63,433 nt of DNA, filler included, from Octopus bimaculoides (GCF_001194135.2; 3 parts of 3 records of this genome joined end to end with filler, not necessarily neighbours in it), one strand, 5' to 3'; positions 12,543-24,984 are shown, counted from the whole stretch's first letter. The notes: generated by a model from the letters alone, not told the origin. A program made the numbers and translations.

Positions 12543-13470
12543 CACTAAGCATTAAATAGGTGTTATAGCTATTTGATGCTATTTAATACTTGTAACCATC
12601 TATATTATTGCTGTTATTATTATCAATATATTATATTTAGTGCAGATAATATTAACAATAATATCTTTATGAATATTCACATCTGAATATTCACTCCTTA
12701 TATATGTGTATGTATGTATGTATGTATGTATGTGTGCGTGTCTTTTTGTTTGTTTCCCACCAATGTTTGACAACTAGTGGTTTGAAGTCCTATCTAGGTT
12801 GTACCTCAAAACACTCCAAGACTGTTTCCACACGTTTTCCCCACTCATCTTGATCTTCCATAATGGTCCTCAGCTCCTGTACCCCTTCTATACCAGTATC
12901 CTCCAGCAAGCTGTCGATATAGGTTGTCTTTCTCTTTCCTCTCCTGGTTCTTCCTTCCGTTGGTTGCCAGAGCATTAATTTGTTAGCAATTTCATTGGTA
13001 TGTCTGATGCAGTGTCCAGCTAGCCTCATCCTTCTATGCTGTATCTTCAATGTTACTTTTGGTAGTCCCTGGTATAAGTCGGCGTTTCTTGTATGACTCT
13101 TCCAGGAGACACTGAGTGCCATTCTAAGCATCCTCGTATAACAACCATCCAACTGCTTCTTCGATGCTTTAGCGAGGGTCCATGTTTCAGCCCTGTATAG
13201 AACAGACTCCACTGTTGTCAGAAACAACCCCACTTTCAATTTCCTTGCTAACTTTGAACTCCATACCTTTCTCAATTTATGGCATGCACTCTAGGCAAGA
13301 GCTTTCCTTGCTGTGATGTCTTTTTCAGTACTTTGTGTCCACACACCAGGGTATTTGAAATTTTCAATTACCTTGAGTTCAGAGATTGATTTGTTTGACT
13401 AAATCCTTCAAGGCTGTGCCTCAGCATGGCCACAGTACAATGACTGAAACAAGTAAAAAGTAAAAAAGAA
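12292..13470 (+). mobile_element. SINE family B split by a LINE fragment
   Basis: Head and body at 12292-12450, post-microsatellite part at 12735-12780, tail at 13384-13470. Confidence 0.75.
12782..13382 (-). mobile_element. RTE/RTE-X clade LINE ORF2 3' fragment
   Basis: ELKVIENFKYPG...KDITARKALA; ORF 12790-13275 with VESVLYRAETWTL, LDGCYTRMLRMALSVSW, RRMRLAGHCIRH, LWQPTEG..RGKRKTTYID. Confidence 0.9.
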
Positions 13471-14013
13471 TAAGGATAATTATTAATCAAGTACTGATGT
13501 GAGGGTAGAGGATTGCTCCAATCAACAGTACTCTTCCTTCAAAATTTGTGGTCATGTACCTACATTAGAAATAACATATATCTCTCTACATTTAATCAAA
13601 GCAAAATGTATTGCTGTAAAGAGTATAGGAGCAAGGATCGGAATGTGAGCCACTTCTTTATATACTCTTTATATCTGCTTGTCTTACTGTTGTTTAGCCT
13701 CACGTCTGCTCTTTTGGAGCAGACATATTGACCATGTGCAACTGGTTGAATGACTAGGTTCCAACTACAAACTCACTTCTCTCTACATAAAATATGCCTC
13801 ACTGGGGAACAATGTTCTTTCTGATTTTTAGCTGTGGGTGTACACAAAAAGTTGCATGTGCAAAAAGTTTTCTTTCTTTGCAAAATATTCATGCATCCAT
13901 GAGTGTAACCATCCCTAATTTTTAAAAAAATTCACCTTTAATGGCTTGCATCACAGTACAGGTGTTAGGGCTAATTAGGTAACTGGTTCTTCAGCTATTA
14001 TATATATATATAT

Positions 14014-14264
14014 TACTCTTTTACTTGTTTCAGTTTTTTTTTACTGTGACCATGCTGGAGCACCGCCTTTAGTCGAGCAAATCGACCCCAGGACTTATTC
14101 TTTGGAAGCCTAGTACTTATTCTATTGGTCTCTTTTGCCGAACCGCTAAGTTACGGGGACATAAACACATCAGCATCGGTTGTCAAGCGATGTTGGGGGG
14201 ACAAACACAGACATACAAACACACACACACATACATATATATATACATATATACGACAGGCTTC
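14014..14264 (-). mobile_element. SINE family B, young copy cut by gap
   Basis: Near-identical to 3222-3480 with CpGs retained. Confidence 0.9.
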
Positions 14265-14800
14265 NNNNNNNNNNNNNNNNNNNNNNNNNNNNNNNNNNNN
14301 NNNNNNNNNNNNNNNNNNNNNNNNNNNNNNNNNNNNNNNNNNNNNNNNNNNNNNNNNNNNNNNNNNNNNNNNNNNNNNNNNNNNNNNNNNNNNNNNNNNN
14401 NNNNNNNNNNNNNNNNNNNNNNNNNNNNNNNNNNNNNNNNNNNNNNNNNNNNNNNNNNNNNNNNNNNNNNNNNNNNNNNNNNNNNNNNNNNNNNNNNNNN
14501 NNNNNNNNNNNNNNNNNNNNNNNNNNNNNNNNNNNNNNNNNNNNNNNNNNNNNNNNNNNNNNNNNNNNNNNNNNNNNNNNNNNNNNNNNNNNNNNNNNNN
14601 NNNNNNNNNNNNNNNNNNNNNNNNNNNNNNNNNNNNNNNNNNNNNNNNNNNNNNNNNNNNNNNNNNNNNNNNNNNNNNNNNNNNNNNNNNNNNNNNNNNN
14701 NNNNNNNNNNNNNNNNNNNNNNNNNNNNNNNNNNNNNNNNNNNNNNNNNNNNNNNNNNNNNNNNNNNNNNNNNNNNNNNNNNNNNNNNNNNNNNNNNNNN

Positions 14801-14838
<38 letters not shown>

Positions 14839-15840
14839 TGGCGACTCCGGTACTCTGGTTGTTCAGGCTCAGCCTGAGTATAAATTTAGTAAAGTGAACA
14901 TGTATTTGCAAGCTGATTTAATTTCTATGAACACTGACTTCAAGTATGTAACTGCATCCAACAACTCGGGCTCCTTTTATTGAGCCTGTTCGCAGTTCAT
15001 TTATTTTTGTTCAGCATCTTGGTGGTGTCTTAGAAGTGCTCTGTGTCAAAAAATACCATTCGTAGCAGATGTTCTCTCGACATCGTTCACACATGCCTGA
15101 CTCGGGCTCAGATATTACAGCCTGAGTTGTCATCTATAATCGTAAAACTTAAAGGTAATTCAAATTCAATGTTTTCTTGAAACAATAAATTTCTATAGAG
15201 ATTAGTATTTAAATTCCAATCTATGAAAAGTTTCCGTTCTACAATACTCATAAAGGAACGAAAATTTACCCAGCAACTTCGGCTAATACGAATGAGCCTA
15301 GTAGGTGTATAAAACTAACTGGCATCTCTTGTCAAGAGTACAGGCGACAGTCAGATCGCTGATGTTTGTTGTGCACTCCGCTGTCATTATTTGATTGCTG
15401 TTATTCTGTGCATCTGTGTGCAAAGATCAGTTGTGTTTTGCAGGGTTGCTTTATTTTAAACCTCTATTTAGAAATGGAGAAAGACATAGTGCTAGATATT
15501 AAAAAAATAAGCCATTTGGGGCTAGAAATAAAGCAGAAAAACATGAAATTCTTCAAGTAGGCATGTGTCTATGCAAAATCTTTGATGAACCCAAGTGACA
15601 CTGATGANNNNNNNNNNNNNNNNNNNNNNNNNNNNNNNNNNNNNNNNNNNNNNNNNNNNNNNNNNNNNNNNNNNNNNNNNNNNNNNNNNNNNNNNTGTGG
15701 CCTTCTTGTTTGTTGCACCTTGTTTACCATTTTGTCCATGTTCTTTTGCCATGTCATGTACCCAGTTATGTATCTATATGTACATGTGGATGAAGGTATA
15801 TACATACATGTACATATATATATGCATATACTCATATATT

Positions 15841-15882
<42 letters not shown>

Positions 15883-16039
15883 GACTCTCTTGTCATTGGA
15901 CAACAGATGATGTTTCTGAAATTTCTTGCTGATCAACCATACAAACGATTTGTTTATAGCGATCAAATGTTTGTGCTCACATAAGCTCACACTTTCCATC
16001 AAATTGACATTACCTGTACAGGTGCACAATTGTGCCACA

Positions 16040-16183
16040 CATTAGGTGTCGAAATGATTGCAGAGCAATGTGAAATGAAGCATTTTATTCAAGAATACAA
16101 CACATCACTCAGTCTGGGAATCAAAACCATGATCTTGCAATTGTGAATGCAGCACCCTAACCATTAGGCCATGCAGCTTCACA
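16040..16183 (-). mobile_element. tRNA-derived SINE family C fragment
   Basis: Reverse complement gives TGGCCTAATGGTTAGGG (A-box), GGTTTTGATTCCC (B-box), TTGTATTCTTGAATAAAATGCTTCATTTCAC; homologous to 43005-43203 and 62545-62685. Confidence 0.7.
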
Positions 16184-16599
16184 GTATGCACACACACACA
16201 CACACACTTGTTTTTTTATCTTTGAATTAATGGAAGAGAGAGTTTTCTGGGGCTTTGTGGATGTGCTTGGGTGTTTGATATACATAGCGGCATAGATTGT
16301 AAGTGCTGGAATTTACTGCAGCCACTCACAAGAGCAAGAACAAATACCACACAGCACAGTATCTAACATCCAATGACACTGTCAATTCACCACCTTAGAA
16401 ATACATAGTTTATCAATGTGTTGATGCCTTATTGATTTCTTAATATCACATTTGATTACATCTTCTTTATACATAATATGTGATAAGTGGTTCATTAATC
16501 TATTTTGTTGTGTAATCTTTTGTGGCTGAATTACCACATTTGACATAATAACTTTTTATTGATATGGATTTACTTTCTATGACTGCATCATAACGACTG

Positions 16600-16990
16600 A
16601 TACTTCAGTTTCCAACAAGTAACGCTCTGAAAAATTCAAGTTGGACTCACAATGGAGTACTGCTCTCACATCTGGGGCCACAGTACTGCTTTTGCATTCA
16701 GACATCCTACAGATGGCATCCCCCATGCCAGCTGATTGGCATAAATATAAACCACCCATTGGCTCACTGAAGAGTTGATTCTTGTCTTAACCTATACAAC
16801 CATTACTTGCAGTGACCTCTGCTCTTCAGAACTAGCTGGTTTCATACCAACTTCACATAGACACTCGTGACTCATTTGTTTCCCCTCCTCTTGTCAAGCA
16901 ATTTGTATCAAATCCTACTAGACTCAGCACCAACTACTACGCTCAGACCTTCCTTCACAGAATATCAATATTCTCAATCTCCCCCACCCC
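16600..16990 (+). mobile_element. Jockey/I/CR1-group LINE ORF2 C-terminal remnant
   Basis: KIQVGLTMEYCSHIWG and CSSELAGFIP resemble the LYKAQVRP.MEYCSH.W and CS.EL..++P motifs. Confidence 0.65.
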
Positions 16991-17299
16991 AACCCTGCTA
17001 ATATCCCTTTAGCAGACATTGATCTGCAACCACTAGTCCAAGAGAGTTAGTTGAAGGCTAAGGGAACACCTCCTATATAAGAAATATGGATTTCTTATAT
17101 AAACAAAGTGACTGATTAGTAAAGGAAGAAGAGCAGTGGGTGAGGGTGAGGTGGTGGCCAGAATTAGCTGACTGAAATCAATGGTTCAGTTTTTAGTGAC
17201 TGACTACAGAAAAGATGAAAGGCAAATGTTTCCACATGGATAAAAAAAAGAAAGGTCACTCTCAATACTGTTAAGCATTTAGTCAGGGAATGCATCATT

Positions 17300-17802
17300 T
17301 CTGCTTTCTATCACATTATCTTAATGGGCTACAGCAAATATTCTGCTCACTACCCTAGATTTGCTTGTCAGTTATTTGAGCTTAACCAGTTGGGCATGTC
17401 CCTTAGTAGCTGACGATATGTGCATCACTGATCATGAGTAGAAGTAGTGGGAGAGCATCATAACCATGTGTTGAGAGGAGTTCTTTGGAGTTTGGATAAT
17501 TCACCTTTGGAAACATGGCTGTTTAGTTCAACATCCTTAAACAAGCCTTATTCAGGGACCTTTTGAGCTGGATGGGCTACTCAACTTGAAAATTCTAACT
17601 GGGCCCCACTTGCAAGGTCATGCGCTGTTTATCTTGATATGAGATCACCATATCGCACACATATGGTTGTGATATATGTGCCTGGTGTACCCTTATCAGA
17701 CTGTTAGTCAAGACGGGTATATTGGGCTTTGTATATTTTACCCCAGTGTCACTTTGATGGCATGCACTGCTCTCTCACTCAATAATAATAATAATAATAA
17801 TA
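17300..17802 (+). mobile_element. Unclassified interspersed repeat ending in an (AAT)n tail, probable non-LTR 3' end
   Basis: More GC-rich block ending ...GCACTGCTCTCTCACTC(AAT)n; single copy here, so repeat status rests on recall and the tail. Confidence 0.45.
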
Positions 17803-17964
17803 ATTTTTATTGATTACAAGGCTCCAAGATATTTAGAACAACATCAAAGAATGAAATACAACATACAAAAATGTGGAGTTTACATTAAACGAAAGGGAAA
17901 CAACAAATAATAATTATTTCTAATTAAGGTACAATTTTGAGTGGAGGTAGTTTGTTGTTTAATT

Positions 17965-18112
17965 CAATCCCAATATTTGACTAGTATTTTATTATATCAA
18001 TCCCCAAAAACACGGAAAAGCAAAATTGCCTTAGCAGGATTTGAACTCACAATGTTCACAGCTGAAACAAATATGCTGAGGTATTTTATTTGATGTACTA
18101 ATGATTCTCAGA
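17965..18112 (-). mobile_element. SINE family A, degenerate
   Basis: GATTTGAACTCAC B-box complement plus core. Confidence 0.6.
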
Positions 18113-18403
18113 GACATTCTATGGAGAAAGTACTTACACTATTATTTGGGACAACAGGTTAAAGGTTGAAGCATCCTATTGAACTACTTATGACCAGTCT
18201 ACCACTACACTATGATAATTGTTATCATCAGCTTCTCAATCATACCGTGTTTATGTTATGATAAACTGAAGCACCTCATGTGGTCGTTGTTATGACCAAT
18301 TACCATAATACTGTTATAAGTTCTATGACAAGTTAAAGCATCCAGTTGTGGCACAGTTGTAAACAATCTTCACCATATTGTTATATATGGTCTGTACTTT
18401 TAA

Positions 18404-18612
18404 CCCTTTAGCATTTAAACCAACCACATCTGGCCAAAATATTCTACTCGTTTTATATTCAAACTGACAAGAAATAGCTTCTTACTACACTTACTTCACA
18501 ATGTCATTCTAAAAATAAACAATCACAAGGGTATGAGATAATGCATGATTAATTCAAAACAATGTGAATAAATAAGTATTACACTTGACAGGGTAATCTG
18601 AATGCTAAAAGG
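18404..18612. mobile_element. piggyBac-type MITE
   Basis: TTAA on both sides (18400-18403, 18613-18616); TIRs CCCTTTAGCATT / AATGCTAAAAGG. Confidence 0.85.
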
Positions 18613-18689
18613 TTAAACATCATTCCACTCACGTATATTAAATCTCATTGAAAACCTGTCTCTTATCCAAACCATTATTTTCTTCATGT

Positions 18690-18775
18690 ATTCATTAGGA
18701 TGAAAGACAAAATCAGTCTCAGTGAAATTTGAACTCGTAATATAAAAGTATTTAACTGCAAAACATTTACTCAAA
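18690..18775 (-). mobile_element. SINE family A fragment
   Basis: GGATGAAAGACAAAATCAGTCTCAGTGAAATTTGAACTC. Confidence 0.6.
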
Positions 18776-19189
18776 TAACAAATAAGAAAAAACAATAAAA
18801 GACATTAGAATCTCAGGAGATTAATGACAAACAAAATTGGCAGAGAATAGATAAGATTCAGAAATATAATAATTAGGTTTACAAGAGATACAATGATTTT
18901 AAGTGTACCAATTGTACTGATAAAAGCTCTAGGTGTACTAACTGCACCAGTTGTTAAGTAGCTCCAGGTTATACCTGATAAAGTAGTCCTATGGCATTAG
19001 AATACTTAATGAAACAATGTGGCACAGTCCACAAATCTATTTAGCTGAATATCATACTACGCATTCTGACGATGATATACAGTGATGACTTATATAGAAG
19101 TTATGCATGACAATCTGGATATCCTGCTTTCTCTCCACTCTCCTGTCTCTTCCTATAGATTCTGCTGGTAACCACAGAGGAAGCAGGTA

Positions 19190-20900
19190 AGATGGACTCA
19201 GTCAAAGCAGAATAGTTACTGTTCCTCTGCTGTTATTGTTAGTGGGATGCATCTCAGCATAGAATTTGAAGCAAGTGAGGTTATTAAAGTTACAGCTGGT
19301 TTTTCCAGCTCATGTTCCTTATGTATAGTAAGGCTGAGGGACAGAGACAATGTTTCAAGGATGTTGTAATGTAGTGTTATGTATATATGTTTGGTGTTTG
19401 AAGATGTTTTTTTCTTCCATGTAGTGTCAGGTTCTGTTACGGATGGAGTTTGCAGCAACAATTGATTGTGCTCTTGCATGTTCAAGTGGGGCCTTCATTT
19501 TTTAAGTATTATTGTTTCATTGCAAAACTGATCTATGTACAACCTCTTATGATGTTTACTGTTTTGTGTTCTTTGTTGTTTATTTGTGGTGTGTTGTGAC
19601 AAGATTAAGGGGATAGGCAGAACTGGCTTAGGCCATGGTGGATCTAATGTATTCTTTGTACAGCATTGTTGTTCTTTTCTTTATGTTGACCAAATATGAT
19701 ATCAGTGATTTCTGAAAGTATGTTTGCATGTTTTTTCTATGTATGTTTTCAATGTTTTAATGAAGTGGTAATTCCTAGTATTTTGAACTTCTATACATTA
19801 TACACACTTCAGTACTACATTCCAGGTTTTTAATGTGGTTTATTACCTCTATGGTCAGTGTTCTTTGTTTCAAGCAGCTATGTACAACCTTCTCAGTGAA
19901 CCTTTCCATTTAGTTTTATTTTGTTGTACTGTTAAGTTGAATGTTCTCTAGAGATGAATCTATGAGGGGGTACCCAAAAGAAACTGGAATTTTGCAATAT
20001 TATTTTATTCAATTAATTTTACATGTTTACATTTTTATTGCCTTCAAGGTATTCTCCATTTGAAGCAATGCATCAGTCCAGGTGTATTTTCCACTGCTTG
20101 ATGCAGTGCTGAAACTCGTGTGAAGTGATGCTTTTTAATGCTTCCGTTGATTTTTCCTTCACCTCTTCCAAATCTGCAAATTCTGTAGCACCAGCTTTTG
20201 TCACCAGTGATGACCTTCAAAAAAAGGTCCAGATCAACTTCCAACTGTTTTTTTCAGTTCATGACATGCATTCAGTCATAACTGCTTTTGATTTTCCATG
20301 ACCAAGCGAGGCACAAATTTTACTGCAATTCTTTTTATTCGAAATTTCTCACTCATAATTCTTTGGTAGGTGCTCCAGGACACACCAGTCATATCAACAA
20401 GTTCATTAATTGTTCAGTGATGGTTCTCCAAGATCAGTTCATGAATTTTCATGATGTTTTCATTGTTGACAGTCATCCTGAACAAGGTTGTTCTTCGAGC
20501 AACAAGTGACCATTCCTAAAGCATGGAAACCACTCATAAACTTGTGTTTTGCTTATAGCAGTGTCCTTGTAAGCTGTTTGGAGCATGACAACTGTTTCAG
20601 CCACCATTTTCCCCAGCAGACAACAGAATTTCACAGAAGCACACTGTTCCTTTATTTCAGCCATCGCAAAAATTGACAAATATTGGCAAAACAAAGATGC
20701 ATCACATGGCAGTATGACATCACCTGACAGCATCGGTCAGCAGACTGATACCTGATGGTTGCATCAAGTGGCTTCCAGTGGTGGAAGCCTGAACTACAAT
20801 GGGTTTGTCCCACAAAGAACATTTCCAGTTACTTTTGGGTACCCCCTTGTATGTTAGCTTTCATGTTTCTCCTAAAGTTCATTAGCATAGCTAATGATTA
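19190..20900 (-). mobile_element. Decayed Jockey/I-like LINE 3' part, split by a mariner
   Basis: MLYKEYIRSTMA motif on the minus strand; shares AGTCAAAGCAGAATAGTTACTGTTCCTCT and GGATCTAAT with the copy at 6095-8690. Confidence 0.6.
19963..20849 (-). mobile_element. Mariner DNA transposon, internally deleted
   Basis: ~28-bp TIRs (T)GAGGGGGTACCCAAAAGAAACTGGAA / TTCCAGTTACTTTTGGGTACCCCCTTG with TA TSDs; MAEIKEQCASVKFCCLLGK...SKTQVYEWF...SG; KFVPR; VITGDKSWCY, then truncated. Confidence 0.93.
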
Positions 20901-20959
20901 AATTATGCTCACTAACTTGAACAGAAATGTAAGCTAGAGATGTTGCTTTAGTATTATGA

Positions 20960-22010
20960 TCTGAAATCCAGATCATAAGACAGATTCAAAATCAAAGCTG
21001 CCCTTCTTGCACGAGAAATATAATGTCCACCTTCTCAGTGATGTTGACATTTCCAGTAATGCTGAGTGTTTAAATCCATTTCATTACATTTTATAATGAA
21101 CAATTCAGAAAGTCAAATATAGATTTGAGGACCATATTTTCCTAACACTATGGTATTCATTTTTTGTTCTCTTGTTGATGAGTTCATCACACCTGATTTT
21201 CAGGGTGGTCAGGAAGTTACCTGTAGTTTTCACCTGAAGGTAAAGGCTGCATTATAAAACCATTCATGCTTAGTTTTTTTAGAATATTTAACTTTTCTTC
21301 ATCTTACCCCCAAATATGCTCATTTGTATTCATTAAAGTTCATTCCAGTGTCTGAAATCCAGTTGGTTCTTGGTCCATACAGCTTTTGTTCATCTACAAA
21401 GGAAAGATAAGAGGTGTTTCTAGATAAAAAAAATTGTCATTTTTATAAACACTTTGTTTGTGGTCAGGTATAATAACAGATTAAAAAAAATAAAGAGCAC
21501 AACTGAGAAACCATCATTCTTTATGATGTCATTTGAATAAATGCATTACATCAGGTTTGATTGGTTTGCAATCACCTCTGAAGAGCGAAGCAAGCAGTGT
21601 ACCCAGTCTTATTAAGTGTTGGATAGTAGCTACCAGTAGTTGTGAAACTTTTGTTAATGCGTAAGGCTTTGATAATCTGCTCAATCAATATATTATCAAA
21701 GATTTCTGGTAGTCCAGCCACATTACAGTCACATTGCTACAGTTCTTCACTCATTTTTTCCTTTGTCATTTTCTTGATTAAAATCTGTTCTACAAGGCTC
21801 CGTACTTTGTTCTTTCATCCATGATTCTCAAAAGTTAAATATTGTTGGCAGCATCTTGTACAATGTATGAGGCACCCAGCTCATACATTATACAAGATAT
21901 TCTGTCTGGCTCTTTTTAACATGGGCATATTTTTCATGGGAAGGATAATAGCAGTTAATAGATATTTCAGTACATCTGATGCACTCTTCATGCGTTTCGG
22001 ATCTCAACAA
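20960..22010 (-). mobile_element. Old R4/Dong-like (RLE-class) non-LTR reverse transcriptase remnant
   Basis: EQILIKKM, VMWLDYQKSFDNI, LSFVDEQKLYG (YMDDLKLY-like), SDTGMNFNEYK, PLPSGENY, EYHSVRKIWSSNL in the expected order, with stops and frameshifts. Confidence 0.7.
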
Positions 22011-22169
22011 TAAAAAGTGTGTGTAAGCACTGAATATGGCAAATCTGGGGTAGAGTGCTCTCTTCTCAGTAAGGGTTTGGGCTTCATCCCCCTCACCTCA
22101 TCCAGTAACAAGTTTCAGACCCGTGCTGATATTCATAGCTTTGTGTGCCACATCAGGCTATATGCGTGC

Positions 22170-22730
22170 TGAAGAGTAAAGGGGAGAAGACAACTGCCAT
22201 GATGCAAGACGTTTTGAAGAGAGCGAGAGTGGAGGATCCAGTGAGGGGCAGCTGGAATGTGCCCAAAACAAAAAAGGAGTTGTTTGGTATGAGGCAACCT
22301 GGAAAAGTGGGGTGTAGAAGTGGAAGATGCAGCATGACTCAGAAAAAAGGATGATTGCAGCCACATCAATGCATCTGGATTAGATGCTGTACTAAAGGAC
22401 GTGAACTTGGCACTGAGATGGGGGCTCAATAAATTTGAAATTCGAACTGATTTGGCCACAGTAAGAGGGTGGGTGGCATCAATGATCAGTAATCAAAGGA
22501 GAGTCTTCACAAAGGGAGGCACAGAAAGGATAATGAAGCAGCGGTTAGGAATCCTCAAAGAGCTAGCCACTGAGGTTTGGCTTGAAACTACAGGTAATGT
22601 TTGTGCCTTCAGAATAGAATAAGGCAGGTGTGCTAACCAGAGTGAAAAAACCCTGGTTGGTGGTGGCAGAGGATGTACAGAGTGTGATGGCTGCAGCGTG
22701 TTGCCTGGTGGGCTCAGAGCTCAATGTAGT
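22170..22730 (+). mobile_element. LTR retrotransposon pol remnant (RT connection and RNase H)
   Basis: RARVEDPVRGSWNVPK, VEDAA*LRKKDDCSHINASGLDAVLKDVNLALRWG..EIRTDLATV.GWV, MKQRLGILKELA, NKAGVLTRV; frameshifted. Confidence 0.7.
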
Positions 22731-23374
22731 GGGTTCTTGTAAAAAAAAAACCAAAAACATCCCAAAGGGGGTGCGGTCCATTGTCTTTACCTCTGCCAAG
22801 AAAGCACCAATTTTCCTTTTTCCTAAATAACAACATCCAGGCTAACAGAAACTCAAAGTTCATGATATCTTTGAGGACAGATGCGCAGCAGTGAAAAGTA
22901 CCGACAAGTTGCTAGTTTGTTTACGCCCACAACCACTGTTTAAAAGTTTTTTTTATTCGTTTTTTTAAAGTCGTATTCGTTAAATTGTTCCTCTATTTCT
23001 TTCTAACGACTTTTATTTATATATTAAGTCAATTTTTAAAATTTCCTAGAGAACGAAAATTTCATAATAAAGCTGTCTCAAACATTCAATAATGCCATTA
23101 TTTCTGTAGTTCACAGTTTTTAATGTTAGGAATGTAAGGGAAATAACTATGCATTGATTATCATAACTTAGTTATGTCCCTTTGTCTTGTAAAATCAAGC
23201 AATCAAGTACTGGCATCGATTTAGTAAGTTATGTTTACATAAATTTTGTACATATGTTAGAAATAATTATTTATTGGAATATTTAGTAACAGATGTGGTT
23301 GACTATTTAACAAGGGGCAATAAATTCAATAACAGGTATTAGTAATGACGTTTTAAGTATAACAGTAGAGATAA

Positions 23375-23925
23375 GGGGGCAAGCTGGCAGACTCGTTAGT
23401 GCTCCGGGAAAAAATTACTTCATGACATAACTTCCGACTTTACGTTCTGAGTTCAAATGGCGCTGAGATCGACTTTCGGGGTCGATAAGATAAGTATCAG
23501 TTGAGCACTGGAGTCGTTGTAATCGATTTATTCACTCGTCCGAAATTGTTGGCCTTATACCAAAATTTGAAACCAATATTAACAGTGGAGATAAGGCGGC
23601 GAACAAAATGCTTAGTGGCATTTCTTCGGATTTTGTATTTCTGAGTTGAAATTCCACCGGGTTCAACTTTACCTTTCATCCTTTCGGAGGCGATAAAATA
23701 AATACCAGCCGAGCCCCAGAGATCTAGGAACCCCACTCCCACCAAATTTCTGGGCTTGTCAGTCGACGGATTGGCAAAATGGTTATGAGAGGAGACAGGG
23801 ATTTGCAGTATTTAGTACTAGCCATTTAAATTCTGAATACAAATCTCGCCAAGATTTACTTTATCTTTCATCTCTCCGGTGGTCAATAAAATAGGCACTT
23901 GTTTGGTACCGGAGTTGCCAAATAT
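23375..23925 (+). mobile_element. Cluster of three SINE family A copies
   Basis: Three B-box plus core units at about 23440, 23640 and 23830. Confidence 0.75.
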
Positions 23926-24984
23926 GAGCCTTTGTAACTTAGTAAAAAATTGAATAAACGGGGGAATATCACGAAGATATAACTTCTGAGTCAAACTAAA
24001 CCAATGAACCTTTTGTGTTGTAGATGTTGATTCTGTTAAAATTTAAATAATCCAGAAGATATTAGAATTTTAAAATACTTCAATAATACATGTTTAAGAC
24101 AACGAAGATATGAATTATGGTTTATTTCACACACACACATACTACGCAAATAATGGTTCTCCTTCAGTTTCGCACCGCAACCTAGGTTACTCTTCATAGA
24201 TTGGCAAGTAACAACAACAAAATTTACATACAATAATTTAAAAAAAATTTTCCGTAGTGTGGTTGCTATATTTAGCATGTTGGGCAATGGAATTTAAAAG
24301 TTTATGGTGCATGTTACTGGGGGTTTTTTTTCTAGCGTAAAAGTAATCTTAACCAATTACAACAGCATTTTTTCATTTAGCGAGAAAAAAAATTTATTAA
24401 CGATGAACAAAATTTCCCCTCAAAAACGCTTCGTATTTGTGGTCGATAGAAAACTTCCGAAATTCACTAAGTACGCCTATATATGTAGAAATGAGGATGA
24501 AACGAATGGATGTCTGAGATATTACTACATATTTTTCTGCTGCAAAACAAACGTTATAGTATTTGGTATATGACAGTATGCAACATCGTAAAGATTACGC
24601 GAGATCGTGTCACGCGCACGCTCAAACACACATGCGCGTCTTCCTTGTGTATAAATAGTTTATACAGCGTGGCTTCTCATAAGGTGCAGAAAGAGAGAAC
24701 ACCCAAATAATAATTTCTTAAATAGGTAGAAGGGCAGAGATTTGGGAAGAGAAGCACAATCGATAAGCTCAACGCTGGGACTTGGTGTTTACATTACAAG
24801 GGAGGCTATACTTCATACACACAGGAGCAGTCCAAGCTAATTTATATATTATTAGAACATGAACGATGATACCTCTACTTCGTTTTTGTATCTGTTTTGC
24901 AAGATTCATTATGTGAATTCGTGTGTTGAAGCAAATTTTGTTGTGTCTGAAGAGAATCATATTGTCTTTAATGCCTTATAATAT

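Noticed and set aside
13697-13760. MAM-domain-like exon PHVCSFGADILTMCNWLND
   Set aside because: In-frame TAG before any usable donor; resemblance too short
21204-21239. 36-nt plus-strand exon candidate GGQEVTCSFHLK
   Set aside because: Antisense of the same R4-like RT remnant (PLPSGENY motif)
21308-21393. Apparently perfect minus-strand exon (TTTCCTTTGTAG ... GGGG/GTAAGA)
   Set aside because: Its translation FVDEQKLYG..SDTGMNFNEYK is the catalytic region of the decayed R4-like RT; the splice signals are coincidental
21574-21660. CTGAAGA...GAAAC hammerhead-like spacing
   Set aside because: Stems I and II do not pair; lies inside an RT remnant
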